A stretch of 64,000 bases of DNA, taken from assembly GCA_964016885.1 (NCBI GenBank), contig OZ024743.1, forward strand, positions 273,730,001-273,794,000. The letters are read 5' to 3'. Shown here piece by piece: positions 28,293 to 42,317 of this stretch; position 1 is the stretch's first letter, and the number at the start of each line of letters is the position of its first letter. The translations under genes and the position numbers were made by a program. The notes under the pieces are model-generated. The model saw only the letters and a list, made by a program, of their open reading frames with translations, did not search any database and was not told where the DNA came from. The DNA is from Eledone cirrhosa. Lineage: Eukaryota.

Positions 28293-29149
28293 CTCTGTAT
28301 AATCAGCTCCTGATTATTACTGGAATTCTATAAGAATCCAGCTTCTGTAATTTTCGACGGGAAAAAAAATCACACTACAAAATTTCCAGGTAACTTACTT
28401 TTTTGTTACCTTTATCATACCGTATATTTTGTACATTATATAATATATACAATGCTTCAACCAAACTACATTTTATTATTATTATTATTATATATATATA
28501 AATAAATGATTATATGTATATATATAAATAAATGATTATATGTATATATATAAATATATAAGATATATATATACAATGGTAGTGCCTAAAACCTTTCAGG
28601 ACATTAAATGACACCAGGCGATTAGACAGAGTTAGAGAGTTAACGCGCTGGTTAGAATTCGAACTGTAGAATTTTCGACCAACCACGTGCGTAAACTGAA
28701 GAATAACACGAATAAGCTATACAGTAAAGTTTATTCTAAGTATTAACATATGTTTTATTGGCTTCATGTGTATAAAAATCGCTATCTGCAGTGCTGCTTT
28801 GACATTCAATTTTAAATAACGTTAATTTCAGCCAAATTATAACTATTCTGGTTCGGGACTGGCGATACAGCGCATTTATACTGAGGTGTACAGACAATTA
28901 CATGAAAAATACCATGAAAAATAACACGATGAAAAGTACAGTGATATGAGAAATAACAAGACAAAATAAAATAAGAATAGAAAAATTCAATAATAAATAA
29001 ATAAAAAAATAAAATAAAATAAGATAAACATAAAAGTATGGGTACACAGACGTTAGGATGAGAGAATTATAGGGTGATAGACAATATAGTATGATAGACA
29101 ATTAAACAGAAAGATATATCAAAAGATAAATGCAGGGTATATGTCCGAT

Positions 29150-30300
29150 GGGTGATAAAGATGGGGCTTAAGATAGTAGGGGTGTAGATTGAGGGTGACA
29201 ATGGCAACAATGGATGATTGATGCCATATGTGAGGGAAAGAGATTTGTAGGGGTGTGTCTATAAAGATAGAATTCGATAAACATATGGGAGTGTTCTTAG
29301 ATTGCCAGTTTCTCTTGTGTCTGATTGGTTGTAAGATGGTTCCTTACATTTGATTGGTTAATGCTATATCTTTTGATGTCTTTGGTGGATTTATTATTAC
29401 AGTGGGTGATAGATACATGCCTATGCTTGTAAGATAAGTTATGGTAGATTTGCGATGTGGTGTCCTTTAATGGTGATAAGAGAGACGTTAAAATGATTCA
29501 AGTTTTCAGACGTTATAAGCCCGGGGAATAATAATGGTTTCTACAATAGGCACAAGGCCAGCAATTATCCCAGTGTATTACTGGTAATATATTTTATCGA
29601 CCCTCGTTAGGATGAAAGGCAAAGTTAACCTCAGCAGGATTTGAACTCAGAATGCCAAGGGCCGTAAATCTATGCGTCAAAGCATGGCGTCCGACCCCCT
29701 ACCGATACTGCCAATTCATAATGTGTATATAAATAGTAAGGTTATTGGATAGAATCTTGCTTATTTAGGTTTGTAGTTTAAGAATTTGCTGGCGACTTTA
29801 TGCTTACAGTAGATATTCCGTTCAATTTTGGTATTTAGTAATTCATCATTATATTGTAAAATATAAAATTCCATATTACATAATCCGCAATGGGATATCC
29901 CGTGCGTGTATGCCTTGGCACCGCTATTTTAGACCAGCTTATTTTGTATTCTTGTTTGTTATCCGCGAGTTGCCAAATTGTATTGGCTAGCGTCGTTGTG
30001 CTTCTGTCTAAGCATATACAAGCGTGTTTTTAATTCCTTTGCTGTAGAACCTATGTAACGCCATTCCTGGTCACCAGGTTTTATATTACACAGGTATACA
30101 ATATTGGAGTGCCTCTACCGTTGCTTTGGAAGGGTTTGATGTGGTAATACCTGATTTTAATTTGTTTGTAGAATAATCAGTAAAGATAGGTGGAAGTTAC
30201 CAATAATTAATATGTTACTAAGATGGCACTGCTAGATAAAAGACTATAAGCTGTTGAGACAATCATTGGCTTTATTGTGCACAGAAACAGCTTCACAGCA
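29150..30300 (-). pseudogene. Possible highly decayed PLE reverse-transcriptase relic, interrupted by a SINE
   Basis: Only short motifs (GIHARDIPLRI resembling KIHK.DIPLRPI; TKDIKRY resembling DV.SLY) in broken frames. Confidence 0.25.
29533..29715 (-). mobile_element. tRNA-derived SINE
   Basis: Reverse complement of the 52599-52776 consensus. Confidence 0.9.
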
Positions 30301-30850
30301 GCCATTGTAGAATGTGTCATTTGTGGGTACCGTAGAGGAATCATACATGAGAATGGCATATATATATATATATGTGTGTGTGTATGTGTTGTGTGTGTGT
30401 GTTGTGTTGTGTGTGTGTGGGAGGAGTATACATATATATGCATATAAAAGTAAGTAGAATCGAAGACACTGTTGAAAAAATATGTATACATTTTATTGGC
30501 ATATTACAAACATTTCATTATCAATCAGCTTGGGTTGCATTCATAATCACCGGGGCTGGTCTCTTCCTCGACAACTCATCAGATATGCAAGTTTCATATT
30601 TGCAAAGTCACATTCAAATTGTTGGAACATTAAATTATTTAAGGAATTTCCCTCGCCATGTAAATTCACGGACCAGCTATATTGTCAGTATGCGTCGAAA
30701 CCGTGTAAAAATATTTGAAAAGCCGACGACTACAGAGTTAACATGCACTTGTTTCCAATTTCTATTGTCTTTTCGCTGTCTTGTCTCCTAATCCTTTGTT
30801 GTATTTTTATGCCAGATTTTAATCTTATCTGGTATTAACTTTGAGTGTCA

Positions 30851-31130
30851 GCTCTGGGATTTCCGCCATCGCTACACGTTATCCTACAACCTCCAAGTTG
30901 CAGCGTAGGCACACACATACACACACACACACACATATATATATATACATATGTGTGTTTGAGTGTATATGTGTGTATGTGTGTGCGTATGTGAGTGTAA
31001 GTGTGTGTGTGTGTGAGAGTGTGTGTATATATATATATATGTGAGTGTGTGTGTGTGTTTGTGTGTGTGTATATATGCTTCAATTAGAAGGTTGTAGGAT
31101 AAAGTGTAGCGAAGGCGGATATCCCAGAGC
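30851..31130. repeat. Palindrome: ~58-bp unique arms around a (CA)n(TA)n(TG)n core
   Basis: gctctgggatttccgccatcgctacacgttatcctacaacctccaagttgcagc vs gcttcaattagaaggttgtaggataaagtgtagcgaaggcggatatcccagagc. Confidence 0.85.
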
Positions 31131-31572
31131 AACGACGTTCTGAGGTTAGTAGCAGACCCTCATTTAATCTTCGGATATTGTTTTTTTTTATTTTATTACC
31201 ATGACTCGTGATCCTGAGAGATTTAACATCATCTTGTGTTGTACTGTCGTCTTGTCATCACAATGTTATACCTTTTTCTTTGAAACAACATTTTGTAATG
31301 ATTTCCAATTCGGTTTCTAATTTTCAATTTAAATTACACAATTAACTCATTTACAACTCTTTACTGAAACATCCTGTCCATTTATTTTATCTTAATGTTA
31401 TGAGGATTCTATTTCATATGAAAATGAATAAAATACGTTAAGAGAATACGTTCAAATTCCAAGGTTGTTAATATTACATGTTATTTTTGAAAATGTTGAA
31501 TGTAAATTTTCTGAGAAGCAGCTGTCCCAGAGGTTCCACCGCATTGTTACACACACACACACACACACACAC

Positions 31573-31625
<53 letters not shown>

Positions 31626-31661
31626 GTATATATGTATTTATATATATATATATATATATAC

Positions 31662-31731
<70 letters not shown>

Positions 31732-31965
31732 GTATATATATATATATATATTAGGTTATGCAATAAATGCTTAGGATTATCCTGAATGCAGTAATAGTTA
31801 ATTACTACACTGGATAGAGTTGACGTACGGTGAGGGGTTACTCAACGAGTTATGGAAGAATAGTTGAAGAAACTCAGTTCCTGATCATTCTGTATTGTAT
31901 TCCAGAGTCTAGATAAAGAATGAATAATAACAGGTAGACATCATAAAAAGGTAATTTATTCCGTG

Positions 31966-32077
31966 TGCTTGCAAATGTTTCCACGGTAGTTATACAGCCT
32001 AGTTATGCTATGTAAAAATGTATAACTATTTGCAAAACTCAATTATCAAATGCTGTTACCACTGTTTCCTCAGAGCA
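31966..32077 (-). ncRNA. HHR-like motif with ~85-nt stem II domain
   Basis: tgct-CTGAGGA-...-GAAA-catttg-CA-agca then AATAAA; U16.1 apparently mutated. Confidence 0.45.
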
Positions 32078-32339
32078 GAATGGTTAAAATGTAAAATGTA
32101 AATACCCTTAAGGGAAGTTATTGGGGAAGATAGAGTAGAAAACGAAGAGAAAAAGAAGGGGAGAGAGGAGAAATGGGAGAGAGTGGTTTGTAGAATACAG
32201 ATATCTTAATCAAAATGTTGTGGTAGGGGTTGTATAATACTGGTTACTCTCAAAGCGACAACCTTAAGCGATGCGTTGATAGTTAAGGTAGGAATTATTT
32301 ATTGCGACAGAGGGCAGGTTCATAGATGTATATATGTAT

Positions 32340-32540
32340 ATATAAGATAGGGTGTGGTAAGATACCAGGTGGAACATAACCCTTCAGAGTACTCTATATT
32401 TGGGGTAGTCGAATGGGTAATATGAACAGATTCAGGAGCCCGACGGCTGAGCTCTGGCCATTTCGACAGCTAGATCCGATTAGTTCAGAACTAGCAGTCG
32501 AAACGGCTGAAAGCTCAGCCGTCGGGTTCCTGAATATTTT
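32340..32540 (-). mobile_element. PLE-like terminal fragment with fold-back palindrome (32430-32535) centred on HHR stem II
   Basis: Right arm: ctagcagtc-GAAA-cggctga aagc tcagccg-TC-gggttcc; homologous truncated copy at 63631-63765. Confidence 0.75.
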
Positions 32541-32544
32541 CGGG

Positions 32545-32596
<52 letters not shown>

Positions 32597-32739
32597 TAGT
32601 AATAATAATAAATTTGAAGACTAAAATCCAAAGAGGGCTCGATAAGGGTAAATATATATCAATATATATATTAATATATATATATATTAATATATATATA
32701 TATTAATATATATATATATATATTAATATATATATATAT

Positions 32740-33215
32740 AATTGTTTCTACTTTTGGCACAAGGTCAGCATTTATCCCAGTGTATTACTGGTGCATTATT
32801 TTATCGACCCCGTAAGGATGAAAGGCAAAGTTAACCTCGGCGGGATTTGAACTCGAACCATAAAGGGCCGTAACTCAATGCCTCAAAGCATGGCGTCCGA
32901 CCCTCTACCGATACTGCCAATCCATAATGGCAGTCTGTTGGGGAATTAGTCATATAATGTTATGAAGTGTTGAATTAATCTTAGTTAAATTACGAGTTGA
33001 TGAAGCAAAGCTTGGTTTTTGTTTTATTATAGAAATCCTACAAATAATTGTTTCTACTTTTGGCACAAGGCCAGCAATTATCCAGTGCATTACTGGAACT
33101 TTATTTTATCGACCCCGTAAGGATGAAAGGCAAAGTCAACCTCGGCGGGATTTGAACTCAGATCGTAAAGGGACGTAACTATGCTGGAAAGCATGGCGTC
33201 CGACTCTCTAATCAA
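32740..33215 (-). mobile_element. Two tRNA-derived SINE copies (32740-32925, 33045-33215)
   Basis: Reverse complement of SINE consensus. Confidence 0.9.
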
Positions 33216-33516
33216 TAGAAGTAAGTGATGGATTTGTTTATGAACGATATTAAATCAAGATCAATAAATAAATAATTTCAAGATAGAGGACTGTATTTTA
33301 TTTTCTGTTGCATGGTATAATTACTGAAAATGATATTGATAGGAAATAATTCAGCTGTTGATACAGAGCATATGTATGTAATATGACATGATAACATACG
33401 CGTAGATGTAATGTGATGGATCGTCATTTTGTATTCGCTAATAATTCTGCCAAGGCACGTGTGTTTGACTAATCTTTATACAATAACATGAAACGGATAA
33501 TATTATATATATATAT

Positions 33517-33631
33517 GAGTTCAAAACACGCCGAGGTTGACTTTGCCTTTCATCCTTACGGGGTCGATAAAATAAAGTACCAGTAATGCACTGGCTAATT
33601 GCTGGCCTTGTGCCTAAAGTAGAAACAATTA
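33517..33631 (+). mobile_element. SINE 3' half
   Basis: gagttcaaaacacgccgaggttgactttgcc...gtagaaacaatt. Confidence 0.9.
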
Positions 33632-33648
33632 TATATATACTCATATTC

Positions 33649-33789
<141 letters not shown>

Positions 33790-33929
33790 CTTCAGCTAGT
33801 ATAGGCCCGGTTCGATTTTTGTAGTGGTTGGACATGACGGGAACCAAGACTTGAGTGGATTTTAAAGTTGATGCTAACATGATTTGGGCAATATGGATGG
33901 AATATTTTCCACATTATACAAAAGATAAA

Positions 33930-34133
33930 TAAATATATATATATATAGTAATAATAATAAATTTGAAGACTAGAATCCAGAGAGGGGTCGATATGGATAA
34001 ATATATATCAAATATATAAGAACCGTAGAGCAAATATATATTAAAATAAAAGATTAAAGTTTAAGCAAAGAATCGCTGCTTTCACCCTTAACGGGATCTT
34101 GACAAGATCCCGTTAAGGGTGAAAGCAACGATT
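33930..34133 (-). mobile_element. PLE-like terminal fragment ending in a hairpin (34071-34133) inside its HHR
   Basis: Reverse complement of 62338-62500; aatcgctgctttcacccttaacgggatcttg-a-caagatcccgttaagggtgaaagcaacgatt. Confidence 0.75.
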
Positions 34134-34205
34134 TTGACACACAAAAACAAGATGGCGTAGGACAGAACATAGGAGAGGCACACAAAACAAAGAAAATAAT
34201 CCCCA

Positions 34206-34248
34206 GTCACTGAAGAGGTCACAGAATGTGTGACGAAAGAACTTTGAC
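34206..34248 (+). ncRNA. Minimal type I hammerhead ribozyme within a short element (34134-34420)
   Basis: gtca-CTGAAGA-g-gtcaca gaatg tgtgac-GAAA-gaac-TT-tgac; the element's 3' end (atgaccctcccaaagtataacaatat) is shared with 1670-1755, 42720-43473 and 57838-57925. Confidence 0.7.
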
Positions 34249-34453
34249 AATATATAAACAACCATCTGGTTGTGGAACCAACCAACCAACCGGAAATTTA
34301 TAGATTCCTAAATTTATAAATGTATTATAATAAATTGAAGTGAAACAGCTGGTGCGTGTGTTTCTTATTTGCAACATGACCCTCCCAAAGTATAACAATA
34401 TCGGTTTCAACACACGTTTTCAGATAAAGAATCTTGCTAAACAAATTCAGAAA

Positions 34454-34487
<34 letters not shown>

Positions 34488-37080
34488 AATAAGATTAGTT
34501 AAGACGGGATTATTTCATCATAATTGCTTTATTTCATGATATATATGTCTTACATATATATGTTACAGGGTTATGTATCATCAGATGTGTATGCAATCAT
34601 TAGGATATGTCCTGTTCATGTACACGGGTGTGCATTTATATATATTTATATATGTGTATTAATATATATATATATATATATAAATGCACACGTTTGTGTG
34701 TACGTGCACGTGTAATGTTGTCTGTTTGCGCATACATTTTGTCTCTGTGTAGATGATGCCATTTCTTTCGTTAACGCCTTGTTTTTTTCAGCATGTTGCT
34801 AAACAATATATTTCAAACTTCACTGCACTAAACCTAACATTTCTTGTTTTTTTTCCTCTGTTTTTATTCTCTCTAAGTAATACAGAAAACATGGATGGGT
34901 GCCCCGTGATTATTTGAAGATCCGTGTAACGAGTATTATCAACATTTATATGTGACACTCTTTATAAACATTTAATATGATGCCTCGTTTAACATTATAA
35001 TTTCTACTTTTCAAACTGGGCTGTCATCGTCGACGGACTCTTTCGTTCAGACCAACAATATCTCTCACCCTACCAGATTTAACATTCAAATTCCTCTTAT
35101 GTCATAATCTCCGTTGTAAAAAGAATTGAAGGATTCGCTAGATAATATAACTCTATATACGTTGAAGTTACGGCTGGTTAGTATTTAAATCAATGCATAC
35201 GCGACTATGGTTCAGCTTGTTTAACAAAATTCTGCCGCTATACAATAACATTTAATTCTGCCCGTGTACAGTATAACCACATGCCAGGCAATATAATTGA
35301 ATCCTAAACATCATGGTTGAAATGCGTGATTCCGAAATAGTTAATCATACCCGTTCTAATGAATCACTTTATTCGGCTTAGGTAGCTGAACAAATTTCAT
35401 CCAACTAAGTGAATAATGATAAAATCAAGACAATAAATAAGAAATATTCGAGAAGCCATTACACTGACTAAATTATTTACAGACAATATACAATATAGCA
35501 TAACATGGCTTCAGCAATCTAATATTTTTATCCAGAAGATCTATGAATCTGACACTTAGTGATTGTGAAAAACCGAATTATTCTCATCTATGCTTGCTAA
35601 GCATAAGTTTTTCAATGATATCCGTAATGTTAACATAAATATAATCATGTCTCTGTGGTTAAGTAGTGTGTATGAATTGGAACTGAAATGGAAGCGCATC
35701 TCATTAAGTATGTAATTACTACAGTATCCTGTAGTTGACTACAATGATGTGAGTGAAATTTCAACGACAGAAGGCTTGAATTAAATTATTGGGTGTGTAT
35801 TTATATGTGCACGTTTATGCATTCGAGGGTTTAAACATCGGAAATGAATATATTGTACCTTGTTGTATCTCTGAGTGCTTCGTATCATTTTTTCGACAGA
35901 TAAATAAAGTATCTGACTGAGACTTTAATCGTGTTCATATGATCAAACTCATAAAGGCGATGCTGTAACATCGAGGCAGTTCAGTAAAGTAAACCAGTAA
36001 AATATTTTTATAAATATAGTTACAATCAATATCTAATCCATATGTGTCAAAGGTTGTTACCTCCAGGTGGAGTCAAAGTATCACCGCCGTTTCACGTGCG
36101 TGTCTCGAGGTTTTAATCATGAATACAGTCGATGTCTTCCAGAGGGCGAGGGGGAGCGAGAAAGTGAAAACATTATATAGAGTAGGAATCGACCCAGTAA
36201 TGAACCGCTACGATTATCAGTCAAGATAATTTTACAAGCAAGATAATGGCCACACAATCTTTCTATCAATTGTTCTAATGGCACTCTGAGTCAGTGTTTG
36301 TGACTATGAGTACATATGGTATGTGGTTGAAGTAGTTCTATCCAGTGGCAAAATATAGGTTGATTAATAATTACGAAACTGCAACAATCCGAAAAGGTTT
36401 GCCGATATGAAACACATTATCACATGATTATTAGATACCAACATTGATATGTATCATGCAGTGTGTTTTGAGTTGCTCTCTTATAAAAGAAGTTTATTGA
36501 ATCCTCAATATCGGTTTTTCCTATCGTCTATGTACTTAAAGGAGTTGTATTTATTGTACTTTTAATAATGTTATAATAACTGTAAGCACCAGGTTTTTTA
36601 TATTCCCATAATCGGAACGAAGGTATCTAGTACTATCCTCTTAAATGCATACATACGTATGCCTGTGTGGCAGGGAGACACTTAGTGTCTTATAACGAAT
36701 AGAGATGCAATAAGTCACAAGAAAGTATATTGAATACATCTTGCGTACATCAAGACCACACATTTTCACGCACTTTATCATATTTTCTATAATACCTCAC
36801 TTTGTTATTATAAATCTTTATCTACAACAGTACAATCAAAGGACATTTGACACTGCAATGGTGAATATTTAATATTTTATAAACAATACGTACACTTTAG
36901 ATAATATTTCAAAACATATATTCATTTAATCAGTTGATGCTGTTATCAAAGAGATATAATTATTTAGCCGTTGCCACAGGAACGGACTACGTATTTCATG
37001 TCGTCATGGCAACACTGTTGATAGTTAGACTTTCCAAGGTGAAGTATGAAACATATTTAGTGAGACGTTATATGTGTTTA

Positions 37081-37156
<76 letters not shown>

Positions 37157-38082
37157 ATATATATATATATATATATTGGAAAATGTGTGTAATCCTTGGT
37201 ACAGTTAGGTATATTAAGACAGGGGGGAAGAAAAAATAGCTTCACTTGTGCTTTCAACAAATTTATTTTCTTCACAAAATCCAAAAATAATTTTTTTCCG
37301 GATTAGAAAAAATTTTTTTCCTTAAAAAAAATGATTTTATAAATTAAGTTGTTGGTTGTTGGTTGTTGGTTAGGTCTTAGGAGTTCTTGGTTAACGTAGG
37401 AGGTATTGTTTCGTTTTTAGAACGACCTTTCACGCTGAGGTGCGCTTGTCAAACTGATGTGTATGTGGTGTGTTGTTCTATATATAGGGATTTAACATGT
37501 CTGTGGTGTGGTGGGGATTTCTTTTCTCCCCCTTTAATAAGTGTATGGGTGTATGTGTGTTGAAAAAGTGTTAATAGTAGTAATGAGTTGAGACGGTGAG
37601 AAGGGTTGGGTGGGGAGAAATGTAGCAAGTGCGGCCTGCCCCGGTCATTCTCGAAAAATTATTTTATTCAGGGGAAAAAGCTTTTATTATTCCTTTTTTG
37701 TTGAGAATGGTCATAGGCAAATCGCACCTGCCAAGTTTGTAAATAATTCTTTTTTTCTTTTTTTCTGAAGAATTTTTCTACGTCCATCCCAAAATTAGTC
37801 CTTTGTTCAACACACATATGTGCGTATATACGTACATATGTAGAAATATATAGGCACACACCATCAATCACACACCCATGTACAAATACATCCATATACA
37901 TACACAAAAACATATAGAGTCACATATAAAAACACATATACACATACGTACGCACACGAATATGTACTCATACCTCCACATGGGTACATATATGCATATA
38001 TATATATACATATATACACATATATATACATATACATATACACACACATACGCATATATATATATATATATATACACATATA

Positions 38083-38176
<94 letters not shown>

Positions 38177-38388
38177 CATACATATACATACACATACATA
38201 CATATTCCACACATAAAGATACATAACTAAATATACATATATACACATACACGCACACATACACACACACGTCTATACACACACATATACATATGTCCGT
38301 ATATATACCTCCGTTCACACATACATGCATACACACACACACATACACACATACATATATATATATATATACATATATAGAGAGAGGC

Positions 38389-38467
<79 letters not shown>

Positions 38468-38560
38468 CATATATATATACATATATGTACACATAAACAC
38501 ATACAGACACATACACACATATACATACATATACACATACATATATATCCATATATATAT

Positions 38561-38601
<41 letters not shown>

Positions 38602-38824
38602 CATACACATACACATACACACACATACATACACACATACATATATACATATATATATGAGTTCACACGAGCACATAAAGACACATATATACATACATAT
38701 ATATATAAACGTTTGAATATGTATAATAAAGCCAAAACAATGCAGGTATGGACATAGAAAAAAAAATGCAATTGCAAAAGATATTGTTGACAAATCGTCT
38801 TTTACCTTAGATTTATTTAAATGT

Positions 38825-38859
38825 CCTTAATTTTCGAGATAATATCTCTTCTTCAGAGG
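38825..38859 (-). ncRNA. Minimal hammerhead ribozyme in the 3' pLTR of PLE B
   Basis: cct-CTGAAGA-a-gagat att atctc-GAAA-at-TA-agg followed by AATAAA. Confidence 0.7.
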
Positions 38860-39236
38860 GAAATAAACGTCTCAAACCAGCCTTCTAAATATCTTGCCAA
38901 GCCATGCTGACAGGAAATAGTATAGAGTATCTGTTCTATTTCTAATGTCAAAGAGTTAACATTAGATGGATAAAGAGTAGTCTCCCTTTAAAAGGGGTTT
39001 GTTTAGGGTTTTTTTTAATTTGTTTATACATGCCTGTTTAAGTGTGTGGGAGAATGCATGATGGTGTAAGTATGTGAGTGTGTGTGTGTGAGTGTGAGAA
39101 GATAAGTCTATTCGTAAATGTGGGGGATAGGTGTTATCTGGTGTTAGAACTGGTTTTGAGTGTGTATGTGTGAGAGAGAATAAGTGGAGGTGTAAGCGTG
39201 TGTGTGGGGTGTGTAAATATGGGGCTAGAAGCCCTA

Positions 39237-40855
39237 TCAGGTTATACATTGGGTGTTGAGTTCTAGTCTATTATTGATTGGCGGTTGTGTTTTATCTATA
39301 ATTAGTGCTTCCTTAATTCTAAGATTGCCGACGTTTCTTTCCTTAGTTTCTATCCTAACTGTTATGGTTTTTTCGGTGTTTTTGCATTTAACTAGGTGTT
39401 TCTTAAATGAGGAAGCGTTAGTATTGAGGTGTTCTTTTATTCTTATGTGGAGTGGTCTGGTGGTGCTACCTACGTAGAAGTTGTTGCATTTGTCACACTC
39501 TAGTCTGTATACGACGTAAGCCTGGTGGCATAGGTCTGTGTCGTTGATGGGGCAGTTGGCTAGTCTGCAGCAGTTGTCATGTCTGGTGGTGTGTCTTTTG
39601 GTTAGCTGTCCGCGTAGAGAAGGACCTGAGTGGGCCAGTTGGATATCTAGTCCCTCTCGTCTGATGGCTCTGCGGATGGCTGCTGTTGTTTCTTCACTGA
39701 AATGTGGGAGCTTCAGGAAGCAAGTGTTAGTGCCTCCGGTGTGGTGTCCTCTGTTCTTTCTGGCACGGTTTGTGGTGGATGTCGTGTATCCGTTCAGTTT
39801 GAGTACTTCCAGGAAATGTGTGGTGTGTGTGTCTCGGTCTCCAGCGTCGGTACATTTGTTCCGGATACGTGCCAGTTCGTTCCTTATGTATCCGAACTTG
39901 GCACCGAGTGGGAGGGCCGATCTGAAATGTACGAACAGGTCCCTGCTAGCGGCTTTTTTATAGAAGCAGGTGTGGATGTTGCCTTCCTCTGTTACCCTGA
40001 GTTGGAAGTCCAGTAGGGATAGGGATCCGCGGTCATCCGGGTGTTCCATGCTGAACTTTATACTGGCGTCCATGCTGGAGAATGTTGTGTATATTCTATC
40101 TGCCTCCTCACGGGATGATGTAAGGATGAGTATGTCATCTACATATCGGGTGAAGAAGGCATGGGAATGGCAGGTGTTGAGGGCTCAGCACTCTAGCAGG
40201 TTCATGTAGGTGATGGCCAGCAGGCCCGATAGGCTGGATCCCATGGGTAATCCTGTTGTCTGTCTGTATGTGTGGTGGTGGAAGGTGAAGTACGTGTTGT
40301 CTACTGTGAAGGACAAAAGCTGGTGTATGTCCGTCGGGTGGAGGCCGTAGGATGTCCTCTGCGACCACGCAGTCCGTCAATAAATCGACAGCTGGATGAG
40401 CGGGGACTGTAGTGTAGAGGGAGACAACGTCTAGGCTAAAAGCGTATTTATTTAGTTTAAGTTGTTCTGGCTGGAGTTGGTGTAGTCTACGTATAACTTC
40501 GTCGGAGCTACTGACATGCCCAGGAAAGGTGGAGAGTAGAGGCTTGAGGACCTGGGAGAGGAGCCAGGAAATTTTGTATAGGGGTCCTTCTATGCTAGAG
40601 ACGATGGGTCTTATTTGCGTCTTAGTACTATTCTTGTGGGTCTTGATGAGGTGGTAGAAAGTGGGCAGTCTGCTATTTCTAGTGGTGTAGTTGAGCTTAA
40701 TTTTATTTGGGAGTTGTCTTCCCCTACAGATATCGAACCAAATGGAGTTGGTCTGTTTTTCGATCTGGGCTGCAGTCATGTCCTGGATCTCTGTGTATAA
40801 TTCATTGTCGCTTAGGTGTTCAAAGGCTAGGTTATTGTATGTGGCTTGAGAGATG
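39237..40855 (-). pseudogene. PLE RT-thumb-GIY-YIG endonuclease ORF (frameshift ~40360, in-frame TGA 40185-40187, 5' truncated)
   Basis: LLDF, FYKK, LNGY, CRLANCP..C, VVYRLECDKCNNFYVGSTTRPLHIRIKEH, IKEALII...PPIN. Confidence 0.92.
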
Positions 40856-41013
40856 AATACATATATATACATACATCTACATACATACATACATATACAC
40901 ATACAGAAACATACACATATGTACACACATATATACATATATGCATATACATACACACACACACATATATATAGGTACATACATATACATACACACACAT
41001 ATAAACATATATA

Positions 41014-41057
<44 letters not shown>

Positions 41058-41344
41058 TATATACAAACATACACATACAAACATATACATATACATATAT
41101 ATATACACACATACACACATACATATATATATATATATACACACACACATACAAACATACACACATCCATACATATATATACACATACACACACCCACAT
41201 ACATATATACCCACACGTACATACATCCATACATACCTACACACATATATGTGTGTGTCTCACCGTTCACTCAGATATTCATGTGTATACATAAGAAGAG
41301 TGGGGGGGGGTAGTGAAATGGAATTTTTACCTCCGAGTGTTAAT

Positions 41345-42027
41345 TCATTTTTTCGTGTTCAGCAATGGTTTAAATTTTTCAATGAAGAATTCTTCTTTAT
41401 ATCTGCGGAAATGTTCGTTATCCGACCATATCTTGAAGAAAGGGAAGATTGTGAATTTTCCCGTCCCGCATGATGCAAAGTGTGCGCTACATGTGGTATT
41501 TCTGACTGTGGGGTCTTTAATTTGTTGTTTATGTACCCGGACTCTATCATGTAATCCCGTTCCGGTTTCCCCAATGTAATACTCTTTACACTGTGGACAT
41601 GTTGCGCAATATATTAGGTTTTTCGTTTTGCAGTTCATGTTAGCATTGACCTTGAAATTATCATGGTTTTTGAAGGACAACTGTTTGCCCTCTTCGATGA
41701 GTTCACAGGTTCCACATCTAGGGTCCTCGCATTTCGTCACTTGCATTGATTCCATGTTGGTCGTAAATTTTGCCTTGGTAATTAGTTTTTTAAGGTTGGG
41801 TGCTTGGCGTCTGCTATAAATTAACTGTGTGTTTTTTAAGAGTGCATTCATTTTGGTAGATTGCTGTAGATTCGGGAGATACTGCTTAGCAGTTTTCACA
41901 ATGTTGATGTTCCCTGGGTTGTGAGTGATGACAAAAGAGATAGCAGGGTTTTCTTTTTTATGTTGTGGGTTTGGTTTTCTCAGTGTTGTTATTGGGATGT
42001 TCTTAGCCTTGGAGATGGCTGCGTTGA
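41345..42027 (-). pseudogene. PLE C-terminal linker, Zn-binding motif and GIY-YIG endonuclease (5'-truncated)
   Basis: SRRQAPNLKKLI, CEDPRCGTC, NCKTKNLIYCATCPQCKEYYIGETG..L..RVRVHKQQI, EEFFIEKFKPLLN. Confidence 0.9.
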
Positions 42028-42317
42028 ATAATTATTTACAAACTTGGCAGGTGCGATTTGCCTGTGACCATTCTCAACACAAAAGGAATACTAAAAGCGT
42101 TTTCCCCTGAATAAAGGAATTTTTCGAGAATGACCGGGGCAGGCCGCACTTGCTACATTTCTCCCCACCCAACCCTACTCACTGTCTCAACTCATTACTA
42201 CTATTAACACTTTTTCAACACACCTACACCCATACACTTATTAAAGGGGGAGAAAAGAAACCCACACCACACCACAGACATGTTAAATCCCTATATATAG
42301 AACAACACACCACATAC

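Larger units (their letters stand above)
38705..40855 (-). mobile_element. Penelope-like element B nested in a microsatellite inside element A
   Basis: RT motifs FYHLIKTHK, IRPIVS, FSLDVVSLYTTVP, GLPMGSSLS, FTRYVDDIL; C-terminal GIY-YIG; 3' UTR with HHR; terminal sequence recurs at 63236-63622. Confidence 0.92.

Noticed and set aside
36044-36229. Possible exon after ttacctccag
   Set aside because: No recognisable protein motif or good donor; unsupported
40185-40187. In-frame TGA in the PLE RT as a possible selenocysteine codon (as in Naiad PLEs)
   Set aside because: Context E-C-*-A-L fits CGA-to-TGA CpG decay; the copy is also frameshifted, has a C-terminal rather than N-terminal endonuclease, and no SECIS was identified
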